A DNA stretch of 63,937 bases, counting the filler, from Candidatus Woesearchaeota archaeon (GTDB lineage: Archaea; Nanobdellota; Nanobdellia; Woesearchaeales; J072): the NCBI GenBank assembly GCA_003695265.1. It is 4 parts of 4 records of this genome, joined end to end, with 100 filler letters (N's around TTAATTAATTAA, not from the genome) between each part and the next. Parts side by side here need not be neighbours in the genome. Positions count along the whole stretch, not along the records: positions 16,314 to 41,012 come from RFII01000073.1; positions 41,113 to 57,470 come from RFII01000010.1; 2 more parts are not named here. The stretch is one strand, 5' to 3'. Below, one piece after another: positions 32,557 to 42,466 of this stretch. The number at the start of each line of letters is the position of its first letter. Position 1 is the stretch's first letter. The translations under genes were made by a program, and so were the position numbers. The notes beneath the pieces were generated by a model. It had not been told where the DNA came from. It did not search any database and saw only the letters and a program-made list of their open reading frames with translations.

Positions 32557-33497
32557 AAATCTTGTTTCTTCTATCACGAGACCACGAGGATATTGGCGTT
32601 GCTGAAATCGAGGCCTTGGCAGGTAAAAAAGCGAAGAAGAGCGGCAGGCTTGTTGTGATGCAAACAAGATTTAAGGATTTTGAAAGGCTCGCATACACTA
32701 AAAGGATTATAAGGTTATTGTTCTCGTGCAAGGCAGAAAGATTAATGGATAAAATAAATTCTTATGACTGGAGCAAGGTTTACGAGAGGGATTATTCTCT
32801 TCGCAAAATTTCAAGCAAAGACGGCTTTAAGGAGAAAGACCTGGCTGATGCTGTTTGGAAGAAGCTGAAAAACCCGAAAGCAAACTTAAGGAATGCGAAA
32901 ACAAGGATTGAAGTAATAATAGAGAATGGAAAAGCGTACTGTGGGTTGTTATTGCATGAGAACAAGGGCTTTGACGAGAGGAGGGCTCATTTAAGGCCTG
33001 GGTTTCATCCTAGCTCACTCCACCCGAAGCTGGCAAGGGCTATGGTGAACTTGACTGAAGCAAAAAAAGGCAGAACAATCTTTGACCCTTTCTGCGGCAC
33101 AGGAGGCCTATTGATAGAAGCCGGGCTGATGGGATTAAGGTGTGTTGGCTATGACGTTGATGAGAATATGATAATAAAAGCGGATAAGAACATGAAACAT
33201 TACAATATAAAGGATTACAGGCTTGAATTAAGGGATTCTACAAAGCTGGCAAGAAAGATGAGTTACGTTGTCAGCGATTTGCCTTATGGTAAGAACACGA
33301 AAACAAAGGATATTGACAATATTTATTCTGGCTTTTTCAATAGATTAAGAAATCTGCTTGGGAAAAGGGCTGTTATTGGGCTTCCTGACTTTGTTGCAAG
33401 TGAAAAATATGTTGAGGGGTTTAAGAAAAAACACGAGTTTAGTTACAGAATACACAAAAGCCTTAGCAAGAAAATATTAGTCCTGGAAAGACTCTAA
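32553..33497 (+). CDS. tRNA m2G10 methyltransferase (Trm11/TrmG10-like)
   Basis: SLHPKLARAMVNL, DPFCGTGG, SDLPYG. Confidence 0.85.
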   Translation: MKILFLLSRDHEDIGVAEIEALAGKKAKKSGRLVVMQTRFKDFERLAYTKRIIRLLFSCKAERLMDKINSYDWSKVYERDYSLRKISSKDGFKEKDLADAVWKKLKNPKANLRNAKTRIEVIIENGKAYCGLLLHENKGFDERRAHLRPGFHPSSLHPKLARAMVNLTEAKKGRTIFDPFCGTGGLLIEAGLMGLRCVGYDVDENMIIKADKNMKHYNIKDYRLELRDSTKLARKMSYVVSDLPYGKNTKTKDIDNIYSGFFNRLRNLLGKRAVIGLPDFVASEKYVEGFKKKHEFSYRIHKSLSKKILVLERL

Positions 33498-34817
33498 GAA
33501 TTTAGCAGTGAAGTCTTTTACGAACAGCACGTCATTTTTTGAAACGTTTCCAGGATTGTCAGTTAATTTTTTCTCAATAGAATGCACTTTTCTCAGCTCG
33601 TCTTCGAACTGGATCTCAACCCTTGTTTTCAGCTCATTAATTATTTCTTCAAAGCCGCCTGTCGGTGTCCTCTCAAAAAGCTTAACATATTTTCCTCTCA
33701 GCACAGAGGCTATCTTATTGCAGCATTTTATAATATAATTATGGTTTTCTTCGCTTTCGACACCTTTTTCACTTTCTTCCTGCTTATCATAATCGCCGAA
33801 GCTCTGCATCATCTCGTCTATCTCAACAACCTCGTCGTCTTCTTTCACTCCTGTTTGTATAGGCCTTGTTTCCAATAAGTAAAGCTTATCTCCCTCAAAG
33901 CACCAGAAGACTTGCTGTGGCTTCTCAAAATGATCCTCTATTTTCCTTATCTCCAGGCTTATTACCTTAATATCATTGTCTGATATTTTTTGTTTTTTGC
34001 TGCTCTCCTGAGACAGCTCTCTCCTTATAATCTCATCTGATTCTATGTCCTTGACATAAGCAAATGGTTGCTGGTTTACAGCGATTTCTTTTGGAGCAAG
34101 AGACTTTTTGTCCACTCTGTAAACATCAGACTTCACGCTTTGCGAAATGTTAAAGCCAGACCACGCTTTTATTAAGATTTCATCTTCATTGTTAAAAGGG
34201 TTTGTTGATAAAGCAGTGCCCGACCTGTTAGCATCAACCATCCTCTGTACAACAATACCTACAGCATTAATTCCTATGTCATGGCTCTTCCTAAACATCA
34301 TTATTTCAGGCTTGAAAAGGTCCGCCCAAAAGTTCTTTATCTCATCGAAAAGCCTTTGTTTGCCCCTTACGTACAGAACAACTGTTTTTTTATCTGAGAG
34401 AAACTCATCAAAATCAAGGAATAATGCGCTTGCTCTTAACGCGACGTGGGGCTCTGTTGTCTCAATAAGCCTGGTTGCGTCTAAGTTTTTAGGATCAATG
34501 TCTAGGCTTTCGTACGCTTCCAGAATCTCATCAACCATTGCTTCGCGCATAGTCGCTTTTGATATTAACCTTTTTATTTCCTCATACGTTTTGTTGAGCT
34601 GCTCCGCACTATTGATGTCTGCTTCCTCGTACAGTTTCTCAATTTTCGGCAAGAGCTTTGTTTCCTCAAGGAACTGCTTGAAAGCATCTGCCTTTATTAT
34701 GAAGCCGGCAGGAACATTAAACTTCAGCCTGTACAGCTTTGCCAGGCTCAAAGCCTTCACGCCAACTTCCTCCAAGACAGAATTGTTGATATCACCAAAC
34801 CAGTAAACAGATCCCAT
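33477..34817 (-). CDS. PEP synthase-like N-terminal (ATP-grasp) domain protein, degenerate
   Basis: VGVKALSL, VPAGFII, VALRASA, IVVQRMV, LYLLETRPI; no His or PEP-binding domain. Confidence 0.7.
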   Translation of the reverse strand: MGSVYWFGDINNSVLEEVGVKALSLAKLYRLKFNVPAGFIIKADAFKQFLEETKLLPKIEKLYEEADINSAEQLNKTYEEIKRLISKATMREAMVDEILEAYESLDIDPKNLDATRLIETTEPHVALRASALFLDFDEFLSDKKTVVLYVRGKQRLFDEIKNFWADLFKPEIMMFRKSHDIGINAVGIVVQRMVDANRSGTALSTNPFNNEDEILIKAWSGFNISQSVKSDVYRVDKKSLAPKEIAVNQQPFAYVKDIESDEIIRRELSQESSKKQKISDNDIKVISLEIRKIEDHFEKPQQVFWCFEGDKLYLLETRPIQTGVKEDDEVVEIDEMMQSFGDYDKQEESEKGVESEENHNYIIKCCNKIASVLRGKYVKLFERTPTGGFEEIINELKTRVEIQFEDELRKVHSIEKKLTDNPGNVSKNDVLFVKDFTAKFLESFQD

Positions 34818-34869
34818 GCTCCCTCATATATGTAAATTGTTTTTTGTTTTATAAAACTTTTGAAAAAGC

Positions 34870-34974
34870 GGTTAAGTCAACTTAAAGTAAGACAAGCTTT
34901 GATAGGAAAGATATAATATATGGGGCGGGACTAAAAACTTTGTAATGCCCTAACTCAACAAAATTGACTTGAAC
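34870..34974. mobile_element. MITE-like element copy 3
   Basis: GGTTAAGTCAA...GGGCGGGACTAAAAACTTT...CAACAAAATTGACTTGAAC. Confidence 0.68.
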
Positions 34975-35111
34975 TACTTAATCATGAAGGGATTAACAGT
35001 TATTAACACAAAATTAATGCAAGTATTTTTTTAGAGAAAGCTCATTGCTAAAGACTGAAGCAAAAGTTTTAAGTGAGAAGAATTAACAAAATTAAAAAAA
35101 TAAAGTGCGCT

Positions 35112-35570
35112 TTACGCAGCGCAGGTTCCTTCTAGATTTGTGCCGTCGCCAGTGAAAGTGTATGACGCGCTAGTCACAGAGTTTGTGTAATTAATCTGCA
35201 CTGAGTAAGAAAAGCTCTGGCCGGCAGTACAATTTATTAAGTCACTTGTTATAGTGGTTGATGTTCCTGGAGCCAACTGGAAGTCAGTACCATACAGCGC
35301 TGTTCCGTTAAGCAGTATTGAAGTGACTGTTATTCCATCCCTCAAATTGTTTCTAACAACAAGAGTGTCACTTCCTGTAGCGCTTATTGAGTAAGAAGTG
35401 AATGCTACGTCCGCAGTTGCCCAGTAAGAAGCAGAAGTTCTTGAGCCTGCTCCGCCGCCCATTCCAGGGATTCCGCCTAAAACACCGACTACAATCAACG
35501 CAATAATAATCACAACAGCCAGAATTATAAGATATTCAGTGGCAGTTTGTCCTTTTTTCATATGTTTCAC
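35112..35570 (-). CDS. Type IV pilin-like protein (class III signal peptide)
   Basis: KKG|QTATEYLIILAVVIII followed by Ser/Thr-rich beta domain. Confidence 0.85.
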   Translation of the reverse strand: MKHMKKGQTATEYLIILAVVIIIALIVVGVLGGIPGMGGGAGSRTSASYWATADVAFTSYSISATGSDTLVVRNNLRDGITVTSILLNGTALYGTDFQLAPGTSTTITSDLINCTAGQSFSYSVQINYTNSVTSASYTFTGDGTNLEGTCAA

Positions 35571-35636
35571 CTCGTTTTGAGCGTTAATAACATAATAACT
35601 TGATTTTTAATATATAAAGTTTTCGAAAACGAAAAT

Positions 35637-36623
35637 TTATAATCCTCCTATGATTGAGCCTATCATCTGCCTTGCAATGAAAAAAACAATGATGGAAGCT
35701 CCTATTACAAAAGGGGCGAACCTTAAGCCGTGCTTGGCCTTGCCTTCTGAGATAACTCCCATAAGCATGCACGCAAGAAGTGATGTTATGAATAGTATTA
35801 CCATTGAAAGCTTTGTCAAAAACTCCGGGCTTATAGTTATTTGGCCTGCCAAAAAATCAAGGCCGAAGCCGACAGTTGACCTGCCTGTTTTGGCCTGAAT
35901 TGCAGTGACCATTTTCAAGAAATGGATTGCAATAGCCAAAAGAAGAGGAGTCCCAATAACTATAGTGAACATGATAAACATCGAATAGGTTTTGGTGTTT
36001 GTAACAAGCTCCTTTTTTAGGGTTCTTGTCTCAGCTATGTCTTTGCTGAGCTCCTCTAAGAGCTGTGCTGTGTGGCCTCCCGAGCGCATCGCTGTAGTGA
36101 AAAGCTTCATAGCCCTTTCCAACATTTCTGATTTGATATGCTTTGACATGTTCAAAAGAGCTTTTGTGAATGATTCTGTGCCGAACGCTTTTGCAGTGGC
36201 GAACTCTATTTCTTCTTTCAAAGGCCCGAACTCGTCGCGGGCAGAAAGCTTCAAAGCCTCAAAAGGCGTCATGCCAGCGCGCAGGTTTGCGGAAATAAGC
36301 TGGAGAGCGTCAGGCAATGCCTCCTCAACCTTTTTTGTGCGGTCTTCGACCCTAAAGTAAACCATAAGATAAGCCATCATCTGCACGGTTATCACAACGC
36401 CAAAAGCAATAAGGATGTATTTTATGTCAAAAGTTCTTGTAAGAAAATAAGGTGTAACGACAAGTACAATAAATAAAATAAGTGAGATGACAACAGACGA
36501 TCCAACCCAAACCTCTGGGTTTGTTCTCTTACCAGCATAAACAAAAAGCTGGGAAAGGTTTTTCCTATAAGCAGACGGCAGAATCTTCGCAAAGCTTATC
36601 ATTATTCTATCTTTCGTTTTCAT
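35637..36623 (-). CDS. Type IV pilus platform protein (TadC/FlaJ, T2SSF)
   Basis: EEALPDALQLISANLRAG, EFGPL, multiple TMs. Confidence 0.88.
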   Translation of the reverse strand: MKTKDRIMISFAKILPSAYRKNLSQLFVYAGKRTNPEVWVGSSVVISLILFIVLVVTPYFLTRTFDIKYILIAFGVVITVQMMAYLMVYFRVEDRTKKVEEALPDALQLISANLRAGMTPFEALKLSARDEFGPLKEEIEFATAKAFGTESFTKALLNMSKHIKSEMLERAMKLFTTAMRSGGHTAQLLEELSKDIAETRTLKKELVTNTKTYSMFIMFTIVIGTPLLLAIAIHFLKMVTAIQAKTGRSTVGFGLDFLAGQITISPEFLTKLSMVILFITSLLACMLMGVISEGKAKHGLRFAPFVIGASIIVFFIARQMIGSIIGGL

Positions 36624-36624
36624 C

Positions 36625-37518
36625 TTAAAAGTTCACGATAGGCCTCCTTGTCTTAACAAAACCTATAAGTATTACTTGAACGAAAAAGCAGAGTATTATG
36701 AAGCCGACAAAAAGCCCTTTTGTTATGCCTAGACCAGCAAATGATGATAATATAACAAGCATTGTGGCTCCAATTGTTGGCACGGCAACAGCAAACATCA
36801 TGTAAACAAGGCTCCACAGGTTGAGTTCATGCGCGTAATCCCTTATTTTTGTGCGCTGATCAAGGGTTAAGTCATTAATTATTGTGCGCAAGGCGCCTTT
36901 CAGGCTTGCTCCTGCCTTCAAAGTGTTTATGAGCTGCCATATAGTCCTTTTCAAATACTCTGATTTTGTCTCAACAGCCATTTTTTCAAGGGCTTGATCA
37001 ACAGGCATTCCTGTGTTTATGTGGCGGGCTGCCTTTCCGAACTCAACAGAAACCTGGCCGTACCCCGCCTTGCCCACATTAATAAAGCCGTTGTAAAGGG
37101 AGATGCCTGAGCTTATCTGCATTAGCAAGTCCTTAAGCGCGAACACTAAGTGGCGGTCAATCTGCTCTGCCTTTTTTCCGCCGATAATTTTAGGGTACCT
37201 TATCAGGGTGTATCCTATCAGGACAAATATTAGGAATGCGAAGCCAAGGCTTGAGAGCAGCGACTCCTGGAGTGGCTTAAGTTGCACGCGATAATTAAGC
37301 ACGAACAAAAGCCCGAAAAAAAGAAGGAAGTAAAACAGCAGGTTTACAATGGTTGCTGCCAGGTACTCTCTCGGGACCATGCCTAAGTCTGTTTCCTGAA
37401 GGTCCTGCTTCATAGATGGGAACCTTTTTGAAAGAGCCTCGCCAACACCCAGAAAAGGCCTTGAAATCAGCCTCGCAACAGGCATTGGCAGAATCATTAA
37501 GGGTGCTTTTTGTGACAT
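36625..37518 (-). CDS. Second type IV pilus platform protein (TadB/TadC, T2SSF)
   Basis: LVFALKDLLMQISSG, YGQVSVEF, multiple TMs. Confidence 0.85.
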   Translation of the reverse strand: MSQKAPLMILPMPVARLISRPFLGVGEALSKRFPSMKQDLQETDLGMVPREYLAATIVNLLFYFLLFFGLLFVLNYRVQLKPLQESLLSSLGFAFLIFVLIGYTLIRYPKIIGGKKAEQIDRHLVFALKDLLMQISSGISLYNGFINVGKAGYGQVSVEFGKAARHINTGMPVDQALEKMAVETKSEYLKRTIWQLINTLKAGASLKGALRTIINDLTLDQRTKIRDYAHELNLWSLVYMMFAVAVPTIGATMLVILSSFAGLGITKGLFVGFIILCFFVQVILIGFVKTRRPIVNF

Positions 37519-37519
37519 T

Positions 37520-39022
37520 TTAGAGAACCGAGCTGGGGTTTTTGTTCTTCTCAACAGCTTTTACCAAGTCATCGGCGTGCTTGTAATAAAACCTCATCAC
37601 AGCTCCGACTTGGTCCATATCAAATATTTTGTGATTGAGCATCCATTGTAGTATGTCCTGTTTTTGCTTTAAGTCATCATTTATCTCTTTTAATGTCATT
37701 CCTGTGTGAAGGTTCAAGTCCTCAACTATTCGGATGCTGTCATTTGCCTTTTCAAAAACGTCAGACCTCGGCCTCCACCTGTACAAATAATTCAGCTCTA
37801 ATTCCTCACCTCCACTGAGAACTTCTGCGAGCTCAAGCGTCCTTCTTATGCCTTTCCTCCTGTCCCTGTACTGTATTAATATTAGGTGAAGAGCCTCTAC
37901 TTCTGTTTTTGGCACTTGAATGGGCGGCTCTGTAAGCCTCCTCTTAACCTGCTGGACAGTGTCAGCGTGAAAAGTTGCGTAAACGCTGTGGCCGGTATGC
38001 ATTGCTTCAAACAAGGCTTCTGCCTGCTCCCTCCTCCTAACTTCTCCCACGACTATGCGGTCAGGCCTCATTCTCAACGCAGCCACCATAAGGTCAAGCA
38101 TTGTGACTTCTCCCTGGCCCTCTGGGTTCGGGTTCCTGCTAGTCAGAGGAACCCAGTTCCAGTACAACTGCTTCGGCAGGGAAAGCTCTCTAGTGTCCTC
38201 AATAGAAAGGATGCGCTGCGTCGGCGGAATGAACGAGCACAAGCTGTTGAGCATAGAGCTCTTTCCGCTTGCTGTTCCGCCGGAAACAAGAATGTTCAAT
38301 TCGTACTGCATTGCCTGCCACAAGAAAGACGCAATCTCCTTAGACAATGTGTTTGCAGCAATCAGGTTTGTCGGCGTCCACGGGTTTCGTGCGAAACGCC
38401 TTATTGTTATCGTGTTGCCCATTGTTGATATGGGGAAAAGTGTTGCAGCTACTCTGTCACCAGTGAGAAGATGCGCGTCCATTATTGGGTTTAATGAATT
38501 TATTTCACGACCGACTTTCCTGCCTATTTGCGAAGCAAAATTATAAATTTCTTCTTCGGACCTTATGGAAGAAGAAGTTACACACCAACCATATTTTCTG
38601 TGATAAACAGAAATTCTTTCTTTGCTGCTGTTTATAACCAGCTCTTCCAGCCAGTTGTCCGCAAGCATTATCTCAACAAATCCGAGACCGTACATCCTGT
38701 GAAGGAGAACTCCTGAAAGAAGCTCGATTTCATTATCTGGGTGGTTTGGAAGTTTTTCTTTTATTACTTTCCGGGTTTCCTCAAAGAATGCTTTTTTCAG
38801 GTTCTCAAGCTTTTCAGGATCTGTTATCTCCTGTATTTCAAGAGGCACTTTAGATGCTAATTCTCCCGTCAAGTATTTTAGGAGGGCTTCTGTTCCAGGA
38901 CCGAATTTCTTCATGATAATCTCATAAACCGGAACGTTCTCCTTGTCTATAGACCATATTTTCACTGTTGCCGGAACCTTGTCAGCAACAACTGTGTAAG
39001 AGTCCAACAGTTTTTTTGTCAT
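37520..39022 (-). CDS. Type IV pilus/secretion ATPase (TadA/VirB11/FlaI family)
   Basis: GGTASGKS, SIEDTREL, LRMRPDRIVVGEVR, MHTGH. Confidence 0.93.
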   Translation of the reverse strand: MTKKLLDSYTVVADKVPATVKIWSIDKENVPVYEIIMKKFGPGTEALLKYLTGELASKVPLEIQEITDPEKLENLKKAFFEETRKVIKEKLPNHPDNEIELLSGVLLHRMYGLGFVEIMLADNWLEELVINSSKERISVYHRKYGWCVTSSSIRSEEEIYNFASQIGRKVGREINSLNPIMDAHLLTGDRVAATLFPISTMGNTITIRRFARNPWTPTNLIAANTLSKEIASFLWQAMQYELNILVSGGTASGKSSMLNSLCSFIPPTQRILSIEDTRELSLPKQLYWNWVPLTSRNPNPEGQGEVTMLDLMVAALRMRPDRIVVGEVRRREQAEALFEAMHTGHSVYATFHADTVQQVKRRLTEPPIQVPKTEVEALHLILIQYRDRRKGIRRTLELAEVLSGGEELELNYLYRWRPRSDVFEKANDSIRIVEDLNLHTGMTLKEINDDLKQKQDILQWMLNHKIFDMDQVGAVMRFYYKHADDLVKAVEKNKNPSSVL

Positions 39023-39465
39023 ATTACCCCTTTACCTCTCAGTATTATAATAACAATTACCATCAGAGTCAGCAAGATTAATCCGAACAAGCCAAGCTTC
39101 AAGTATTTTTGTTTCTTGGCAGAAGCATGGTTTTCATGCCCTTCTTCAAGACTTTTTAGGAAGGAACGGCCTATTATAGGATATGTGAACTTAAGCAAGC
39201 CCTCGTCGTCAAGTACTTTCGCGTATTCCTCTAATTTCTCAGGATTTATATTTAGGCGCTTCTCAAGCTCAAAAAGTGTTATTTTCTTGCTTTCCCTGAC
39301 AATCTTAAGTATTTTGTCAAGCTCGGTTTCCAAGAGTTCCCCCTCGGAAAACAGGCGCGGCTTTTCAGGCTTCTGGGTAATTTCCTTTTCTATTTTGCCT
39401 TTCAGCTTTGGAATAACAGCTTTTCTCTTGATTTGCGTTGCTCTGTCCAATAACCCCATTTTCAC
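39019..39465 (-). CDS. Pilus-locus accessory protein (wHTH-like, C-terminal TM)
   Basis: Translationally coupled to the ATPase; C-terminal hydrophobic helix. Confidence 0.55.
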   Translation of the reverse strand: MKMGLLDRATQIKRKAVIPKLKGKIEKEITQKPEKPRLFSEGELLETELDKILKIVRESKKITLFELEKRLNINPEKLEEYAKVLDDEGLLKFTYPIIGRSFLKSLEEGHENHASAKKQKYLKLGLFGLILLTLMVIVIIILRGKGVI

Positions 39466-40010
39466 TTCCTGCTCTTTACTTTAGGTTTTCTCATTTTTGT
39501 TTTCCCAACATTCTTTGCCTTCTTTACGGCTTTAGCCTTGTTCAGCTTCTTAGTAGGTTTTTTAGATGACCTCTTAACTTGTTTTTGTGGTGCAGAAACT
39601 TTCTCTTGCCCGTGTTTCTTCTGCTTTGCTTTTTCAAGAACCCTTTTGTAAAGCTCAAATTCAGGAGTCTCAACAAACCTTGCTATCTCCTCCTCTGGAA
39701 GCTTACCTAGCAACTCATCAACAACAAGCAAAACCCTTCTGAAATCCTCATCCATGAAATCATGTTCTGCCTTATTGCTCTCCTTGACGTTTCTGAAAGC
39801 TTCCTCCACCTCTTTTTTGTCATGGCCGTCTTCCTCCAACACTTTTATGATGCTGTCCTTGGAGAAACCTTCTTTTATGGATTCCTCCACGAACTTTGGA
39901 AGCTCATCCCCTTGTTTTTGCAAATGCTTCTTCTTGTATTCTAAGAAAAACACATAGAAAACTATGAAAATGATGATTAAGCTGCATATCTGTATTAATA
40001 TTTCGAGCAT
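39462..40010 (-). CDS. Pilus-locus accessory protein (N-terminal TM, Lys-rich tail)
   Basis: Coupled to next gene; basic C-terminus. Confidence 0.55.
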   Translation of the reverse strand: MLEILIQICSLIIIFIVFYVFFLEYKKKHLQKQGDELPKFVEESIKEGFSKDSIIKVLEEDGHDKKEVEEAFRNVKESNKAEHDFMDEDFRRVLLVVDELLGKLPEEEIARFVETPEFELYKRVLEKAKQKKHGQEKVSAPQKQVKRSSKKPTKKLNKAKAVKKAKNVGKTKMRKPKVKSRK

Positions 40011-40078
40011 GTTAACCCCTATGAGTAAAAACTTAGCGTAATCATTTATTAATTCTATTTTACATTTTGAAATAGTAA

Positions 40079-40720
40079 CTAATCCTCCCAGACAATTTCA
40101 GCTTTTTTGTCAAGAGAAGCTACGCCGGCAGCTCCTGAACCTTTTTTCCCACCGATTAATCTTTCAAAAGAATCATTGAAAAGCTTTTGATTGTTGCTAA
40201 GTTCTTTTTGCAACGTGCAGTTTTCTGTAAACACACCTATTATGAAATTCCTTTGGAAAACAGAAGTTTCTGAAGGCAGCTCATCATCCTCATCTCCTGC
40301 TCCTTGCTGGTCCTCTTCGCTCCACCATTCAGTCATCAAATCTGATTTTAATTTGCCTTTGCTTTTTGAGCTTACAAACAGCTTTCCCTCATCATAGTCA
40401 TCAACGAACACTTCAAACTCATAATCATAATCCTCATTGTTGGCAACAAAAACAAATATTTCATCGTCTGCTCTTGTCTTCGTCATCTTGTGGTCAAGCT
40501 CATAGCTGACAATAACATTTGACGGGCAGGGCTTATCACTATTAGCAGGTTCTTTAACACGTTTTTCAGGAACCTCTTGTTTTGGGCTGCCAGGCGTGTT
40601 GTCATGAAGATTAATTTCGTGATTTATCAATGAAGAAGAATAAATTATTGCTAGCAAAATAACTATTAATCCAGCCGCAGCAAAATAGGTTTTCTTGTTA
40701 TCCTTATTATTTTTATTCAT
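40079..40720 (-). CDS. Membrane-anchored acidic hypothetical protein
   Basis: N-terminal TM, AGGTGG RBS upstream. Confidence 0.5.
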   Translation of the reverse strand: MNKNNKDNKKTYFAAAGLIVILLAIIYSSSLINHEINLHDNTPGSPKQEVPEKRVKEPANSDKPCPSNVIVSYELDHKMTKTRADDEIFVFVANNEDYDYEFEVFVDDYDEGKLFVSSKSKGKLKSDLMTEWWSEEDQQGAGDEDDELPSETSVFQRNFIIGVFTENCTLQKELSNNQKLFNDSFERLIGGKKGSGAAGVASLDKKAEIVWED

Positions 40721-40732
40721 TTTGCCACCTTT

Positions 40733-41012
40733 TTAAGACCTTATAACAAGTTTTATGTTGTCGAAGTAAGCCCCGAAGCCCTCTTCGCGTTTGTCCCAGT
40801 CTCCTATGAAAGCTCCGAAGTCAAGATAATAAGCTCCGACCTGCGTTATGTAAGACGTTACATTGAAAACCTCATAGCCCGAGTCGTCAGATGGGTTGTT
40901 CATAAAATAAATTTCGTTGTAAGGGTCAGCGTCATTATCGCCGGAGTCAAGGTCAGAGCCAAGCCACACAACCTGCGAAGGAGTTGTTAAGCGGGCCTTA
41001 ACCCAAGCCTCA
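40733..41012 (-). CDS. C-terminal fragment of an extracellular beta-sandwich protein, truncated by gap
   Basis: Ends AYFDNIKLVIRS, typical of jelly-roll domain ends; frame runs toward the gap. Confidence 0.45.
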
Positions 41013-41112
41013 NNNNNNNNNNNNNNNNNNNNNNNNNNNNNNNNNNNNNNNNNNNNTTAATTAATTAANNNNNNNNNNNNNNNNNNNNNNNNNNNNNNNN
41101 NNNNNNNNNNNN
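41013..41112. other. Assembly gap/contig join with artificial linker
   Basis: N runs flanking TTAATTAATTAA. Confidence 0.95.
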
Positions 41113-41157
41113 CTCTAACTAATAACTTTTTTAAACTACTAATCATATTCTTTTATT

Positions 41158-42387
41158 ATGCGACTAACATGCCCTTTATGCAAAGAACCATTCTCTTTAA
41201 ACTGCAAGAGAAGGGAATGTCCTGTAATGGCAAAAGTGAAATCAATGCTCATAACAACAAAAAGACTTGAGAGCGAGAACTACTTCGGAAGCTCTCCAGC
41301 TCCTTTCGTCGGCAGGTTTAACTACCCGAACATCAGCGTAGGCATCCTAAGCCCTCCAGAGCAGAGAGAAGACTCATGGCTTTTGGACGCGCCGACTTAC
41401 TGGGCAGAAAACAATTACACCATTGACCGGATAATAGGCCTGCGCTCCAGCCTCATAAACTCGAACTTCAAAGCCCATGTGAAAAACAGGACAAAACTTC
41501 TTGAGATAAGCCAGGAAGTCGGAATGGCATCTAAGCCAGTTGACGTCGAGATTAATCTTGAAAAAAAGCCGAGATTCCATTTCACAGCCCAGCCGAACAT
41601 AACTCCTATAGGTCCCACGGCAAAACTAAGAAAAGCCGAGATAACAAGCAACCCTAAAATAGCGAAAAAAGTCGATTACGTTGTGTCTGACACTGACTTA
41701 AAGGCAGAAGAAGGTCTAGTTTACCTTTATGAAAAAGGGTTTGACGAAAACTTTTTGAGCAAGCTCCTCTCAGTAGCGAACCTCGGACTAAAATCCAACA
41801 GGAAGCTCGTGCCGACGAGGTGGAGCATAACAGCGACAGACGACACTCTTGGAAAAAACATAATAAACGAAATCAAACAATACGATGAAAGCGACTTCAT
41901 GGCGTACTTTGGTGGCTTTCTGGGCAATTATTACTTCGTAATGTTCTTCTCAGACGTGTGGAGCTATGAACTCTTTGAAATAGACACCTCAACATTCTCG
42001 CCGAAAAAAAAGAACTGGTGGACTGATTATGAGAGCTACGACGGAAGAAAAAACTACGCGAGCTCCACTATCGGAGGGTATTACGCTGCAAGGCTTCCAA
42101 TCCTGAACAGGCTGAAAAATCTTAGGCGCCAGGCAAGCGTTCTAGCTTTGAGGTTTGTCACGTCAGACTATTACGCGCCTCTCGGAGTGTGGGTTGTCCG
42201 CGAAGCAACAAGAAAAGCGATGATGAGCAAGCCCATAATTTTCGAGGACAAAGATTCTATGCTGAGATACGCGAAAGAATTTGTTCATCACAGATTTCAA
42301 ATAAACGCGGACGTGATATTTAGGGAAAGCAAATTGTTAAACAATCTCAGGGCTCAGACAAAGCTCAACGCGTTCTTCAGTCGATAA
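41158..42387 (+). CDS. nreA: Archaeal DNA repair protein NreA (PCNA-interacting)
   Basis: N-terminal Cys cluster, FVGRFNYP, KLVPTRWSITATD, PLGVWVVRE, C-terminal PIP box QTKLNAFF. Confidence 0.9.
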   Translation: MRLTCPLCKEPFSLNCKRRECPVMAKVKSMLITTKRLESENYFGSSPAPFVGRFNYPNISVGILSPPEQREDSWLLDAPTYWAENNYTIDRIIGLRSSLINSNFKAHVKNRTKLLEISQEVGMASKPVDVEINLEKKPRFHFTAQPNITPIGPTAKLRKAEITSNPKIAKKVDYVVSDTDLKAEEGLVYLYEKGFDENFLSKLLSVANLGLKSNRKLVPTRWSITATDDTLGKNIINEIKQYDESDFMAYFGGFLGNYYFVMFFSDVWSYELFEIDTSTFSPKKKNWWTDYESYDGRKNYASSTIGGYYAARLPILNRLKNLRRQASVLALRFVTSDYYAPLGVWVVREATRKAMMSKPIIFEDKDSMLRYAKEFVHHRFQINADVIFRESKLLNNLRAQTKLNAFFSR

Positions 42388-42466
42388 ACTATTCTATTTG
42401 TGAGAATAAATATTTAAGAAAAAAAATCCTAAAACTATTTAAATAGGCTCAACTACCTAAGATTTT

